Shown one piece after another: positions 36,947 to 47,086 of a stretch of DNA of 64,000 bases (its first letter is position 1; every line of letters starts with the position of its first letter). Under the pieces are notes generated by a model. The model was not told where the DNA came from. It ran no database searches and was given only the letters and a program-made list of their open reading frames with translations. Position numbers and translations under genes: made by a program. The stretch comes from Chloroflexota bacterium (lineage in GTDB: Bacteria > Chloroflexota > UBA5177): NCBI GenBank assembly GCA_036752825.1, contig DAIORV010000004.1, positions 2,580 to 66,579 of the forward strand, written 5' to 3'.

Positions 36947-37333
36947 ATGCGCGAAATTGTGGACCATGTGCGTTCGTGGCAGGCAGAGGGCGAGCACGTG
37001 GCGATTGCGACGGTCCTCACGACGGCGGGATCCACGCCGCGACCGGTTGGAGCCAAGATGGCGGTTACTGCGAGCGGCAAGATCGCGGGGTCGATCAGCG
37101 GTGGCTGCGTCGATGCGGACGTCATCGAGCATGCCGTGGAGGTCCTGCGCACCGGCCGACCGGAGATTATCGAGTACGGCTACTCGCCAGACATGTCGTG
37201 GGAGGTCGGCCTGATGTGCGGCGGTTCGGTTCAAGTCTTCGTCGAGCCGGTCGACGCCGCCTATACACCCGTGGGCGCGGGTTGGCTCGATACCCTCTCA
37301 CACCGGGCCGGCGACCCGGTATCTGGAACCTAG
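36947..37333 (+). CDS. XdhC_CoxI N-domain-only protein (128 aa)
   Basis: VAIATVLTTAGSTPRPVGAKMAVTASGKIAGSISGGCVDADV. Stops before any Rossmann domain. Confidence 0.7.
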   Translation: MREIVDHVRSWQAEGEHVAIATVLTTAGSTPRPVGAKMAVTASGKIAGSISGGCVDADVIEHAVEVLRTGRPEIIEYGYSPDMSWEVGLMCGGSVQVFVEPVDAAYTPVGAGWLDTLSHRAGDPVSGT

Positions 37334-37364
37334 TCTGACCCTCTTCGATCGCCTGGCCAAGGCG

Positions 37365-38114
37365 TTGGAGGCGGATGTCCCCGCCGCGACCGCGACCGTC
37401 GTGCGGCCGCTGGAGCGGGCCGGACGGAAAATGCTGATCTTGCAGGACGGCGGTGAGGAGGGCAGCCTCGGCGACGCGGGTCTCGACGCTGAGGTGAAGG
37501 CCGATGCGCTTGCTCTTCTGCGCAATGGCACCACAGAAGTGCGGACGTATGGTCCAACGAGCTCGATTCTAGACCCTGTCGACATCTTCATTGAGTCCTT
37601 CGCTCCTCTTCCACGTCTGCTCATCATGGGCGCTGTTCACGCCGCTCCGGCGCTCTGTGCGGTTGCGGCCAAAGTAGGCTATCGGGTCACCGTGATCGAT
37701 GCCAGAGCCTCGTACACGACGCGCGAACGCTTCCCAGACGCGGCGGAGATCCTCGTCGCCTGGCCGCACCTCGCACTGGAATCACTCCCACCGCTCGACG
37801 CATCCACCTATGTGGCCGTTCTGACCCACGACCCCAAATTTGAGGAGCCGCTGCTGCCCGTGCTGCTGCGGAGCGATGCGCGCTACGTCGGCATGATCGG
37901 CAGCCGCACTACACAGCGGCAGCGGCGCGCGATGCTGCTGCAGAGTGGCGTTTCGGAGGAAGAAATCGCGCGATTACGGGGGCCCATCGGCCTCGACATC
38001 GGCGCCGTCACACCCGAGGAGATCGCGCTCGCCATTCTGTCAGAGATGGCCACGGTGAAGTATGGCCGCACCGGTCGTCCGCTCGTTGAGATCAGCGGTG
38101 CGGCGGTAGGCTGA
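37365..38114 (+). CDS. XdhC-family protein (N-domain + Rossmann domain); TTG start
   Basis: ATVVRPLERAGRKMLILQDGG...SLGD, then LLIMGAVHAAPALCAVAAKVGYRVTVID...YVGMIGSR. It is in a different frame from the preceding ORF, so these are two genes or one frameshifted gene. Confidence 0.75.
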   Translation: MEADVPAATATVVRPLERAGRKMLILQDGGEEGSLGDAGLDAEVKADALALLRNGTTEVRTYGPTSSILDPVDIFIESFAPLPRLLIMGAVHAAPALCAVAAKVGYRVTVIDARASYTTRERFPDAAEILVAWPHLALESLPPLDASTYVAVLTHDPKFEEPLLPVLLRSDARYVGMIGSRTTQRQRRAMLLQSGVSEEEIARLRGPIGLDIGAVTPEEIALAILSEMATVKYGRTGRPLVEISGAAVG

Positions 38115-38116
38115 GG

Positions 38117-38974
38117 CTATCCACTGAGCGCAGTTTCGAGCGCGCGCAGCGTCAGGATCCGGGCGAGATGAAGCTTGTACTCGGGAGAGCCCTTTAGCTC
38201 CCCGGGAGGATTGAGACCATCGGCGGCGCGCTCGGCTGCGGCGCCGAGAGCCTCTCTCGTCGACGGACCTCCGCGAAGCGCCTCCTCGACGGCAGTGGCG
38301 CGAACTGGTGTGCTCCCAACATTGGTCAACACGACCCCAGCATCTCGAACCGACCCGTTGTCGAGTGTGAGACTTACGGCGACACCCACGATGGCCCAGT
38401 CGGCGGCCCGCTGCCGAAATTTTTGGTACGTGCTCGAGGTACGCCCGCTGGCGTACGGCACGCGAATCTCGGTGACCACTTCCTCGGGATAGAGCGTGCT
38501 CGTCCACGTGTTCTGAAAGAAGCCGTCAGCCGGGATCAACCGCTCCCCCCGCGGCCCGCGGGCCACGATCCCGGCCCGCAGCACAGTGACTATAGACGGC
38601 AGATCGGAGGCGGGGTCCGCGTGAGCCAGACTACCTCCAATAGTCCCTCTGTTCCGCACCTGCATGTCGCCGACCATCCCTGCAGCGTGCGAGAGCAAGG
38701 GCACGCGTTCCTGCACAAGTGCCGATGACTCCAGCATGTAGTGGGTAGTCATAGATCCGATGGCCAGGTGATCCCCTGCGTCGCGGATATACCTTAGGTC
38801 TTCGATTTTGCCGAGATCCACGAGTACACCGGGAGCGGCCAGGCGCAGCTTCATAAGCGGCAGCAAGCTGTGGCCACCAGCCAGAAGCTTGGCTTGATCA
38901 CCGTGCTTTTGAAGCATCTCGATGGCCTCGTCGACGGACGATGCCGCGATGTAGTCGAAAGCCGCTGGGATCAT
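38117..38974 (-). CDS. FAD-binding medium subunit of the second (form II-like) molybdenum hydroxylase
   Basis: MIPAAFDYIAASSVDEAIEML...LLAGGHSLLPLMKLRLA. Confidence 0.85.
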   Translation of the reverse strand: MIPAAFDYIAASSVDEAIEMLQKHGDQAKLLAGGHSLLPLMKLRLAAPGVLVDLGKIEDLRYIRDAGDHLAIGSMTTHYMLESSALVQERVPLLSHAAGMVGDMQVRNRGTIGGSLAHADPASDLPSIVTVLRAGIVARGPRGERLIPADGFFQNTWTSTLYPEEVVTEIRVPYASGRTSSTYQKFRQRAADWAIVGVAVSLTLDNGSVRDAGVVLTNVGSTPVRATAVEEALRGGPSTREALGAAAERAADGLNPPGELKGSPEYKLHLARILTLRALETALSG

Positions 38975-41328
38975 GGCTGAGCTCCATTCAGCGCGCGCCA
39001 TACTCGCTCCTGGGAGAGCGGCATGTCGATGTGTCGGATGCCCCGAGGTTTGAGCGCATCCAGGACGGCGTTCACGACACAGGCGGTCGAACCAATCGTT
39101 CCCGCCTCCCCAATGCCCTTGATACCCAAAGGGTTAACCGGGCTGGGAGTAACCGTTTCGTCTGTCTGGAACATTGGAAGCTCGCTCGCTCCCGGGATCG
39201 CATAATCCACCATGCTGCCCGTTAAAAGGGCGCCCTCTGCGTTGTATACGGCGTGCTCATACAGCGCTTGCGCGATGCCCTGGGCAATCCCACCATGCAC
39301 CTGCCCGTCCTTGAGCATCGGATTGATGACTCTGCCACAGTCGTCGACCGCCAAGTATTTGAGGATCTTCACGGTCCCGGTGTCGGGATCGACTTCTACG
39401 GAGCAAACGTGCGTGCCGAAAGGCCACGTGAAGTTAGAGGGATCGTAGAAGGTCGTCTCTTCCAAGCCGGGCTCGAGATCCGAGGGATAGTTGTGCGCTA
39501 GGTAGGCCGCGAGCGAGATGTCGGCGAGAGTCTTCGCCTCGCCTGGTGAACCCTGCACGAAACATTTGCCGTCCTCGTACACCACGTCTTCGAGAGGCGC
39601 TTCCAGTAGATGCGCTGCGATCCGGCGCGCCTTCTCTTTCACCTTCTGCGCGCTCAGGTATGCGGCAATTCCGCCCACTGCGGAGCTGCGGCTACCGAAT
39701 GTCCCAATTCCAAACTGCACCTTCTCCGTGTCTCCATGGATGATCTCTATGTCCTCCATTGGGACCCCCAGCTCGCCGGCCACGATCTGGGCAAACCCCG
39801 TATCGTGGCCCTGGCCGTGCCAGCAGGCGCCGGAATATACGGTCACCTTCCCCGTGGGATGAACCCGGACGTTCGCGCTTTCCCAGCCGCCGGCGCCGCC
39901 ACCAACAGCTCCGAGCACCTGTGACGGAGCCATGCCACAGATCTCGACATAGCTCGCCATGCCAATGCCGAGCAGCCGGCCGCTCTTGCGAGCCTGCTCC
40001 TGCTCGGTCCTGAACTCTCGGTACCCGATCGTTTGTAGCGCTTTGTCCAGCGCGTCCGTGTACTTGCCGCTGTCGTAGGTGACGCCCGTCGGCGTTGTGT
40101 ACGGAAACTCGTCGGGTCCGATGAAATTCTTTCGACGAACGTCGGCGGGGTCCATTCCAAGCTCATCCGCTACGAGATCGATCATGCGCTCCACGACGTA
40201 GGTTGCCTCCGGTCGCCCTGCCCCGCGATACGCATCGACCATCACGGTGTTCGTCAGTGCGCCGATCACCTCACAGTGAATATTCGCGATCTTGTAGTTT
40301 CCAGAAAGCATCAACCCAAACAGAATGGTTGGGATGCCGGGAGCAAAAGTGGAGAGGTACGCCCCGAGATTTGCGACGGTTGTGACTCGTACCCCTGTAA
40401 TCGTTCCGTCGTTCATCACCGCGAAAGCGGCCCGGTCGACGTGGTCGCGGCCGTGCGTGGTCGTGAGGTAATCCTCCGAGCGAGTCGGCACCCACTTCAC
40501 GGGAGTTCCGGGTAGCCGCTTCGCGAGGAACGAGACAATTGCCTCTTCCGGATAGAAGTACAACTTGCTGCCAAAGGCGCCACCCACGTCCGGCGAGATG
40601 ACACGCAGGTGGTTCTCGGGATGGTTGATTGTCAGGGCGAGCAATAAGCGAACCAGATGGGGAATTTGGCTCGAAGTCCAGAGAGTCAAGTCACCAGTGG
40701 CCTCGTCATACTGAGCAATCGCTGCGCGTGGTTCGATAGCGTTGGGAATGAGCCGCTGGTTCAGGAGGCGTTGCTCGATCACCCGGTCGGCGTCTCGAAA
40801 GGCGGCGTCTACATCGCCTCCGCTCACTGTCCAGCGGAATGAGATGTTGTCGGCTATTTCATCGTGCACCAGCGGCGCTTCCCCCGCGACGGCCGTCTCG
40901 GGGTCGACCACGGCCGGAAGGACCTCGTAATCGACCTCGATCAACTCGAGTGCGTCCTCACAAGCCGCACGACTGTCGGCCACTACGGCTGCTACCGCGT
41001 CTCCCTGGAAACGCACCTTATCAGTTGCGAGCGCGGAATGCACAGGCACCTTCATATCGGGCAGAGTCCAGCCACACGGGATTGCGCCAATGCCTGCTGC
41101 CTTCACGTCCGCCCCTGTGACAACTGTCAACACGCTGGGCAGCGCAAGCGCCTCAGCCACGTTAATGGAACGAATGGCCGCGTGGCCGTGCGGGCTGCGC
41201 AGAATAGCAACATAAGCCATCTCTGGAAGCCTGATGTCGTCGACGAAGTTGCCGGACCCGGTGATAAACTTTCGATCCTCACGCCTGAGAATCGCTTGAC
41301 CGAATGGACTGGGAGACTCGATGGCCAT
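38971..41328 (-). CDS. Form II CoxL-like molybdopterin large subunit (xanthine dehydrogenase family)
   Basis: Active-site loop MVDAYRGAGRPE (the AYRGAGR signature of form II putative CODH). Confidence 0.85.
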   Translation of the reverse strand: MAIESPSPFGQAILRREDRKFITGSGNFVDDIRLPEMAYVAILRSPHGHAAIRSINVAEALALPSVLTVVTGADVKAAGIGAIPCGWTLPDMKVPVHSALATDKVRFQGDAVAAVVADSRAACEDALELIEVDYEVLPAVVDPETAVAGEAPLVHDEIADNISFRWTVSGGDVDAAFRDADRVIEQRLLNQRLIPNAIEPRAAIAQYDEATGDLTLWTSSQIPHLVRLLLALTINHPENHLRVISPDVGGAFGSKLYFYPEEAIVSFLAKRLPGTPVKWVPTRSEDYLTTTHGRDHVDRAAFAVMNDGTITGVRVTTVANLGAYLSTFAPGIPTILFGLMLSGNYKIANIHCEVIGALTNTVMVDAYRGAGRPEATYVVERMIDLVADELGMDPADVRRKNFIGPDEFPYTTPTGVTYDSGKYTDALDKALQTIGYREFRTEQEQARKSGRLLGIGMASYVEICGMAPSQVLGAVGGGAGGWESANVRVHPTGKVTVYSGACWHGQGHDTGFAQIVAGELGVPMEDIEIIHGDTEKVQFGIGTFGSRSSAVGGIAAYLSAQKVKEKARRIAAHLLEAPLEDVVYEDGKCFVQGSPGEAKTLADISLAAYLAHNYPSDLEPGLEETTFYDPSNFTWPFGTHVCSVEVDPDTGTVKILKYLAVDDCGRVINPMLKDGQVHGGIAQGIAQALYEHAVYNAEGALLTGSMVDYAIPGASELPMFQTDETVTPSPVNPLGIKGIGEAGTIGSTACVVNAVLDALKPRGIRHIDMPLSQERVWRALNGAQP

Positions 41329-41391
41329 TGCGTCCTCCGATGGGGAGATGAGCTCTCGTCAACCTAAAGCTAAAGTGGCCCCCGGAGTTGG

Positions 41392-41904
41392 TTACTTGGC
41401 GGAGGCCGCCGAAGAGACCGGCTGTGACGCGTTCGCGTCGCCCGCGCGCCTCGCCGCGGTCTGCACGGCTTTGATGATGTTGTGATAGCCGGTGCACCTA
41501 CAGAGGTTGCCCTCGAGTCCCGCATGGATCTGTTCAATCGAGGGATTGGGGTTACGGTCGAGGAGAGCGACCGCGGCCATGATCATGCCAGGCGTGCAGA
41601 ATCCGCACTGCAGACCGTGCTCCTTCCAGAATGCATCCTGCATCGGATGAAGCTCACCGTCCTTCGCCAGACCTTCGATCGTCTGTACGTTGCTGCCGCT
41701 CGCCTGGACGGCTAATACGGTGCACGCCTTCACGGCCTGGCCGTCCAGCAGTACCGTACAGGCGCCGCAGCTCGACGTGTCGCACCCTACGTGAGACCCG
41801 GTGAGCCCCAACGTGTCACGTAGGTAGTAGATAAGGAGCGTCCGGGGTTCCAGCTCGTCCTCGTGGAGCTTTCCGTTGACATGTAGTGAGATGGGTGTCT
41901 TCAT
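41392..41904 (-). CDS. [2Fe-2S] small subunit of the form II-like enzyme
   Basis: [26 protein letters not shown]. Confidence 0.9.
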   Translation of the reverse strand: MKTPISLHVNGKLHEDELEPRTLLIYYLRDTLGLTGSHVGCDTSSCGACTVLLDGQAVKACTVLAVQASGSNVQTIEGLAKDGELHPMQDAFWKEHGLQCGFCTPGMIMAAVALLDRNPNPSIEQIHAGLEGNLCRCTGYHNIIKAVQTAARRAGDANASQPVSSAASAK

Positions 41905-42008
41905 CCCTAATCACCTTTCCCGGAGAGAGAACGCGGCGACTACTGTCCTGCGTCAGTGTACGCCATGAGCTGAGGTAGCTACCCGCCGTATCTGCCGAGT
42001 CTCACTGG

Positions 42009-42059
42009 TATTCTGGAATAACTCTGGAGGTGCATCATGGGATCTGTTGACCTGTCAAC
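42009..42059 (+). promoter_or_regulatory. Two palindromes in the divergent cox(II)S / coxD control region: TATTCtgGAATA and GTTGACctGTCAAC
   Basis: A perfect 5-2-5 and a perfect 6-2-6 inverted repeat, about 100 and 60 nt upstream of the minus-strand coxS(II) start. Confidence 0.45.
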
Positions 42060-42225
42060 CCTCGTCACACGGCCCTCCACGACGGGACATGCGGCAGCGG
42101 CTCGAGTACAACTCTGATGCTTCTTGAGGCATGCACAAGCCGGCCGCGGAGAACGGGGCCTTGCGTCTGCGTCGCTTCGCGCCTGAGACCGGCTGTTTGA
42201 CTGCTTCACTGTCCCGTAGCAGGAC

Positions 42226-43158
42226 GTGCCTGTGGGCGTGATGCAAGAGGGGAATGTGCTCAGCAGCATCGAGAGCATCCAGCAGGCATTGGCTACGGAG
42301 CACTACATCGCCGATCGCGAGCTTGCCACGATCATCCTGCTCGCTCGGGCCTTGCAGAAGCCCTTGCTGCTTGAGGGCGAACCGGGAGTGGGAAAGACCG
42401 AAGTGGCACGAGCACTGGCCGCCGTGCTGAGCACTCGGCTGATTCGACTGCAGTGCTACGAAGGGCTCGACGCCACCCACGCACTGTATGAATGGAACTA
42501 TCCGCGGCAGCTCCTCCACATTCGCGCTATGGAAGGTCGTTTGGCGGATGTCGACGAGGTCGAGCGCTCGATCTTTTCAGAGACCTACCTGATCAAGCGC
42601 CCGTTGCTCGACGCCATTGCCAGCCCGTCGGACGTGCCACCGGTCCTTCTTATCGACGAAGTCGACCGAGCGGATGAGCCGTTCGAAGCATTTCTTCTGG
42701 AGGTACTATCGGACTTTCAGGTGAGTATTCCCGAGCTTGGCACCATCCACGCTCGTCATCGCCCGCTCGTCATCCTGACGTCCAATCGGACGCGTGAGAT
42801 TCACGACGCTCTGAAGCGCCGATGTCTGTACATATGGCTGTCGTATCCGTCATTCGAGCGAGAGATGGAGATTCTCAAGGCTCGCGTGCCGGAAATCGAG
42901 GACCTGTTGGCAGCGCAGCTCTGTCGCTTCATGGTTCGCCTGCGCGCGATGGACTTGAATAAGAGGCCGGGCGTAGCCGAGACCATTGATTGGGCGGAGG
43001 CTCTTCTGTATCTCGAGAAGCGCGAACTTGACGTTTCGGCCGTGTTCGGGACTGTCGGCGTGATCTTAAAGACCCGCGAGGATCTAGCTCGATTCGATCG
43101 AGATGGCATCAACGAGTTGCTCCGCGACGTACATGCGACCCCAACCGGACATGGATGA
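42226..43158 (+). CDS. coxD: MoxR-family AAA+ ATPase (CoxD-like)
   Basis: Walker A GEPGVGKT, Walker B LLIDEVDRA, AAA_5/MoxR layout. Confidence 0.85.
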   Translation: MPVGVMQEGNVLSSIESIQQALATEHYIADRELATIILLARALQKPLLLEGEPGVGKTEVARALAAVLSTRLIRLQCYEGLDATHALYEWNYPRQLLHIRAMEGRLADVDEVERSIFSETYLIKRPLLDAIASPSDVPPVLLIDEVDRADEPFEAFLLEVLSDFQVSIPELGTIHARHRPLVILTSNRTREIHDALKRRCLYIWLSYPSFEREMEILKARVPEIEDLLAAQLCRFMVRLRAMDLNKRPGVAETIDWAEALLYLEKRELDVSAVFGTVGVILKTREDLARFDRDGINELLRDVHATPTGHG

Positions 43159-44338
43159 GCTGGGGATCGACAGAGTAACCGAGTGGGCATGGGGCGCGTC
43201 CGACGTGGTGGTGGCCAGGGTATTGCAATTTGCGCAGCTCGTACGGTCGCATGGGATCAGCACAACGAGTGGACGCGTCATAGACGCGCAACGCAGTCTC
43301 GGTCACATCGACATCGGCCGCCGGGATGACTTCTACCATGCCCTGCGAGCGAACCTGATCAGCAGGCCTGAAGACTTTCCGCGTTTCGATGAGCTCTTTA
43401 ACAGCTTCTGGCGGCCTGATAGCCCTCCTGGCCCCCAGACGCAGGAGGGCGATGCGGAAGACGAAGCGGGCTCGGAGGGCTCTCGGGAGGCGGACAGGGC
43501 AACAGGGCCACGCCAGATGCGCGAGGGCATGCAAGGGGATCTCCCAGAGGAGGTAGAGGGCGAAGAACACTTGAGCTACAGCGCGATCGAAGTGCTGGTG
43601 AGCAAGGACTTCAGCACTCTGGATGCGACTGAGCTGCAGCAGATCCAGGAGATCATGGCCCGCATGGCGCCGAAGCTGCTGACCGTGCGCAGCCGGCGCT
43701 TCCAGCCCGGGATAACGAGAAGCCAGCTCGACTTCAGGCGAACCCTACGACAGTCGTTGCGCACGGGAGGTGACGTGATCGACCTCGCGTGGCGAAAGCG
43801 ACGCTTTGATACGGCGCGACTCGTCCTCCTCTGTGATGTCAGCCATTCGATGGAGAAGTACAGCCGCTTTCTCATTCAGTTCATGTACGCGTTTCAGAAC
43901 TCGCTTCCGAGCACCGAAACCTTCGTCTTCAGCACGCGTTTGACCCGTCTCACCACCGCACTGCGTGGACGGCGTCTTGCCGATGCGCTCGATCTCGCAA
44001 CAAGCGCTTCGGCAGGATGGTCGAGCGGCACGAAAATCGGGGAGTGCCTTGAGCAGTTCAACAGCCGCGACGGGCAGCACATGCTGGACAGGCGCACCGT
44101 CGCGGTGATCCTCAGCGATGGGTGGGATCAGGGAGATCCTCGGCTGCTGGGTGAGCAGATTGCCGCTATCAAACGCCGCAGTCGGCTGGTCGTCTGGCTG
44201 AATCCACTCCTCGGTGATCCGCGCTACCGCCCACTGGTCTCGGGGATGCGTGCCGCAATGCCGCACATCGACCTCTTCCTCCCGTGCCACAACCTCGCGA
44301 GCCTGCAAGCCTTTGCTGCAGAGCTAGGCAAGCTGTAG
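43151..44338 (+). CDS. coxE: VWA-domain protein (CoxE-like)
   Basis: MIDAS DVSHSM. ATGA overlap with the coxD stop. Confidence 0.8.
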   Translation: MDELGIDRVTEWAWGASDVVVARVLQFAQLVRSHGISTTSGRVIDAQRSLGHIDIGRRDDFYHALRANLISRPEDFPRFDELFNSFWRPDSPPGPQTQEGDAEDEAGSEGSREADRATGPRQMREGMQGDLPEEVEGEEHLSYSAIEVLVSKDFSTLDATELQQIQEIMARMAPKLLTVRSRRFQPGITRSQLDFRRTLRQSLRTGGDVIDLAWRKRRFDTARLVLLCDVSHSMEKYSRFLIQFMYAFQNSLPSTETFVFSTRLTRLTTALRGRRLADALDLATSASAGWSSGTKIGECLEQFNSRDGQHMLDRRTVAVILSDGWDQGDPRLLGEQIAAIKRRSRLVVWLNPLLGDPRYRPLVSGMRAAMPHIDLFLPCHNLASLQAFAAELGKL

Positions 44339-44425
44339 CGTCCAGGCCCCGTTACCCTCCTTCATAACGCATCCGTGTCTTGCGGTCGGGAGAACTGTAT
44401 TCCCGCCCGGTCTCGGGGCACGGAT

Positions 44426-44941
44426 CTAGCCTAGGAAGACCTCGATTCCCAGCGCCTTCAATGCCGTCATCTCGAGCGCTTCCATTTCTTCGGCCTCGAC
44501 GTCCGTCTCGTGCGCGAAGCCCACGAGCTGCAGAGTGCCATGAATCGTCAGCCAAGCAAGCTCGGTAGAAATCGAGTGCCCAAGCTCCTCCGCTTGACGC
44601 ACGCAGTGCTCATACGACAGGAACACCTCTCCGAGCTGCACCCGTGAATCGGCGGCAACCATCCGCCGTGCCGCCTGCTCGTCCTCCACGAAGGAGAATG
44701 AGAGGACATCTGTGGGCCGGTCTATACCCCGATACTTACGATTCAGCTCTCGCATCTGGAGGTTGTCGGTGACTCTCAGGCTCACTTCAAAGGAAAGACC
44801 GGTCCCCAAAAGCCACGACGGTCCTTTGCCCATGGCCATATCGAGCGCGGAGCTGACTGCCTCCGAGAGCAGCGACTCGTCGATGGACGCAGGTACATCG
44901 GGTGCCCGGTCGATGCGCGTGATTACCTCGAGACGAGTCAT
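44426..44941 (-). CDS. ybeY: rRNA maturation endoribonuclease YbeY
   Basis: TDVLSF...H...HGTLQLVGFAHE (HxxxHxxxxxH zinc motif). Confidence 0.85.
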   Translation of the reverse strand: MTRLEVITRIDRAPDVPASIDESLLSEAVSSALDMAMGKGPSWLLGTGLSFEVSLRVTDNLQMRELNRKYRGIDRPTDVLSFSFVEDEQAARRMVAADSRVQLGEVFLSYEHCVRQAEELGHSISTELAWLTIHGTLQLVGFAHETDVEAEEMEALEMTALKALGIEVFLG

Positions 44942-47076
44942 ACCTCAGACGCCAGACTGCGTCCTCGGGGCAGCTCCGGCGCCGAGGTCACAACCTCTTG
45001 AACGATCTCGGTGTCGATCGGTTCGGGGTACTCGATACGAGGGTGATAGAGGCTATTTAAGACCGAGCAAAATGCCTCCTTTGCCCGCTCTAGGTCCTTC
45101 AACGTGAGCGGACATTCATCCAGCTGCCCCTGATCTATCCGTTCCCTCGTGATCTTCTGCACGATCTCGCTCACCTTCGCCGGAGAATGGTCGTTGGATG
45201 CCCGTGCGGCGGCTTCGCATCCATCGGCCAGCATGATCAGCGCGGTTTCCTTGCTCTGTGGCTTGGGCCCCGGATACATAAAGATTTCCTCGTCGATTGG
45301 TTCCGCCGCCTCCTCGCGGGCCTTCTGCAAGAAAAAGGAGATCTGCATGGTCCCGTGGTGCTCGGTTATGGCATCGAGCACCAGGCGCGGGAGGCGATTG
45401 TGACGCGCCAGGCGCAGGCCCTGTTGCACGTGCCCGCGAATCACGCGTGCGCTCTCTTCGGGCCGCAGATCGTCATGAATGTTGCTCATCCCAAGCTGGT
45501 TCTCGACGAAGGCATGTGGATTGATGGTCTTGCCAGCGTCGTGATAGAGGGCTCCAAGTTTCGCCGCGAGCGAATCGGCTCCTATGTCCTCCGCGGCACG
45601 CTCCACCATCGTGGCCAGGATCAGGCTGTGGTTATATGTCCCGGGCGCCTTGACCATCAGTCGCCGCAGGAGTGGCTGACTAGGCTGACCCAGCTCGAGA
45701 AGCTGAATGGTCGTGGTCACGCCAAAAAAACCGGCTAGGGCGGCGAACGCGCCTAGAGCGAAGGCCGAGGACACGAAGCCATTAAAAGCTGCCGCCGCCA
45801 CATAGTCCTGCAGTGCGTTGAAGTCATAGACGCGATCCAAGAGTCCAAAAGCCAGCTGCGTGACCAGTGCCGTAGAGGCGATATAGACGCCCGCGTAGAT
45901 GAATTGCTTGAGCTCACGGATCTGCCGGACCGCCAGTGCGCCCGCTGCTGCAGTCACGAAGTAATAGATAACGATCTCGAACGAGCTATTCACAACCCAG
46001 CCGGCTAGCAGAGCGACCGCGAGGGCGAGCGCCACGCAGGCCTCTGGCGAGATCAGCGCAGCTGCAAAGGTGGTAGCGGCAGCAACCGGCAGAAAGTAAG
46101 GCAGCAGCACGTGATTCGCGGAGAGGAGTCGCGCGCCAAGTACGGCAAGAACGATGCACGAGTCGACCAGGAGCAAGATCCGGTCGTTTGCAAGGATTCC
46201 GGGCTCAAAGGCGTAGAAATACCAGAAAAGCATCACAACGATCAGCACGGCGAACAGCGCTCCTCCGAGTACGTCCTGCCAGCCTGTCTGCTTGGTCTGC
46301 AACCCGAGCGCCTTGAGCTGCTCGGCAATGAGTGCCGTGATCAGATCGCCGCGGCGCACGACAACCTGATCCGGATATACGGTGTTCACCACGGCGGGGA
46401 CAGCCTTCCCGGCCGCAGCTCGCTGCTTATCCGTCGCCTGCAAATCGATGATCTGAGTCGGCGCCATGAACATTCCGAGCACGGCGCCTACCGCAGTTCG
46501 GACGCGCGGGGTAACTCCGGACGGAAGCGCACCGAGCAGACCGAGCTCCGTTGCCGTTTCCTGATTTTGGTCGAATCTGGATGCCTCGGCTTGAGCGAGC
46601 AGCTCCTGGCTGCGCGACTGCACGGCGGATAGCTCGCCTGGCGTCAGACCCACGAGCTGTTGGAGCTGTCCCGCCACCACGCCTGGCGGCACGAGTGATC
46701 GGAGCATCTGAAGCTTCTTGCTAGCCGCCGACGTGGAAGTCAGCACCGTGCCGACTCGCGTTAGGAAGGCGTTTGCTTGGCGAGCGCGCTCCCTCGCAAG
46801 ATCGTTGTCGGTAATGAAGGTGGCCGGGACGGTAGCCTCGACCTGGTTCCTCCGCGCGGTCGTGGCAACTCGATCCACGTAGCTGACACGATGGGAGGCC
46901 ACGACAGTTTCGCTCGCAACCTGCCCGACCCGGAGTGAAGGACTCGAGAACTGAGCCGCGAAGAGAAAAGTTAGAACCGCCACGAGGGCCACGCCGTTGC
47001 CGATGCTCGTGACGCGCATGGAACGCGAGGAACTTCGCGCAGGGATCAACCGGGCAGATCGGATCGCGCTGTCCAC
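44938..47076 (-). CDS. 7TM receptor with intracellular HD hydrolase domain (YqfF-like)
   Basis: N-terminal extracytoplasmic region, 7 TM helices, C-terminal HD motif (LGALYHDAGK). Confidence 0.75.
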   Translation of the reverse strand: MDSAIRSARLIPARSSSRSMRVTSIGNGVALVAVLTFLFAAQFSSPSLRVGQVASETVVASHRVSYVDRVATTARRNQVEATVPATFITDNDLARERARQANAFLTRVGTVLTSTSAASKKLQMLRSLVPPGVVAGQLQQLVGLTPGELSAVQSRSQELLAQAEASRFDQNQETATELGLLGALPSGVTPRVRTAVGAVLGMFMAPTQIIDLQATDKQRAAAGKAVPAVVNTVYPDQVVVRRGDLITALIAEQLKALGLQTKQTGWQDVLGGALFAVLIVVMLFWYFYAFEPGILANDRILLLVDSCIVLAVLGARLLSANHVLLPYFLPVAAATTFAAALISPEACVALALAVALLAGWVVNSSFEIVIYYFVTAAAGALAVRQIRELKQFIYAGVYIASTALVTQLAFGLLDRVYDFNALQDYVAAAAFNGFVSSAFALGAFAALAGFFGVTTTIQLLELGQPSQPLLRRLMVKAPGTYNHSLILATMVERAAEDIGADSLAAKLGALYHDAGKTINPHAFVENQLGMSNIHDDLRPEESARVIRGHVQQGLRLARHNRLPRLVLDAITEHHGTMQISFFLQKAREEAAEPIDEEIFMYPGPKPQSKETALIMLADGCEAAARASNDHSPAKVSEIVQKITRERIDQGQLDECPLTLKDLERAKEAFCSVLNSLYHPRIEYPEPIDTEIVQEVVTSAPELPRGRSLASEV

Positions 47077-47086
47077 GGTCTTTGAC

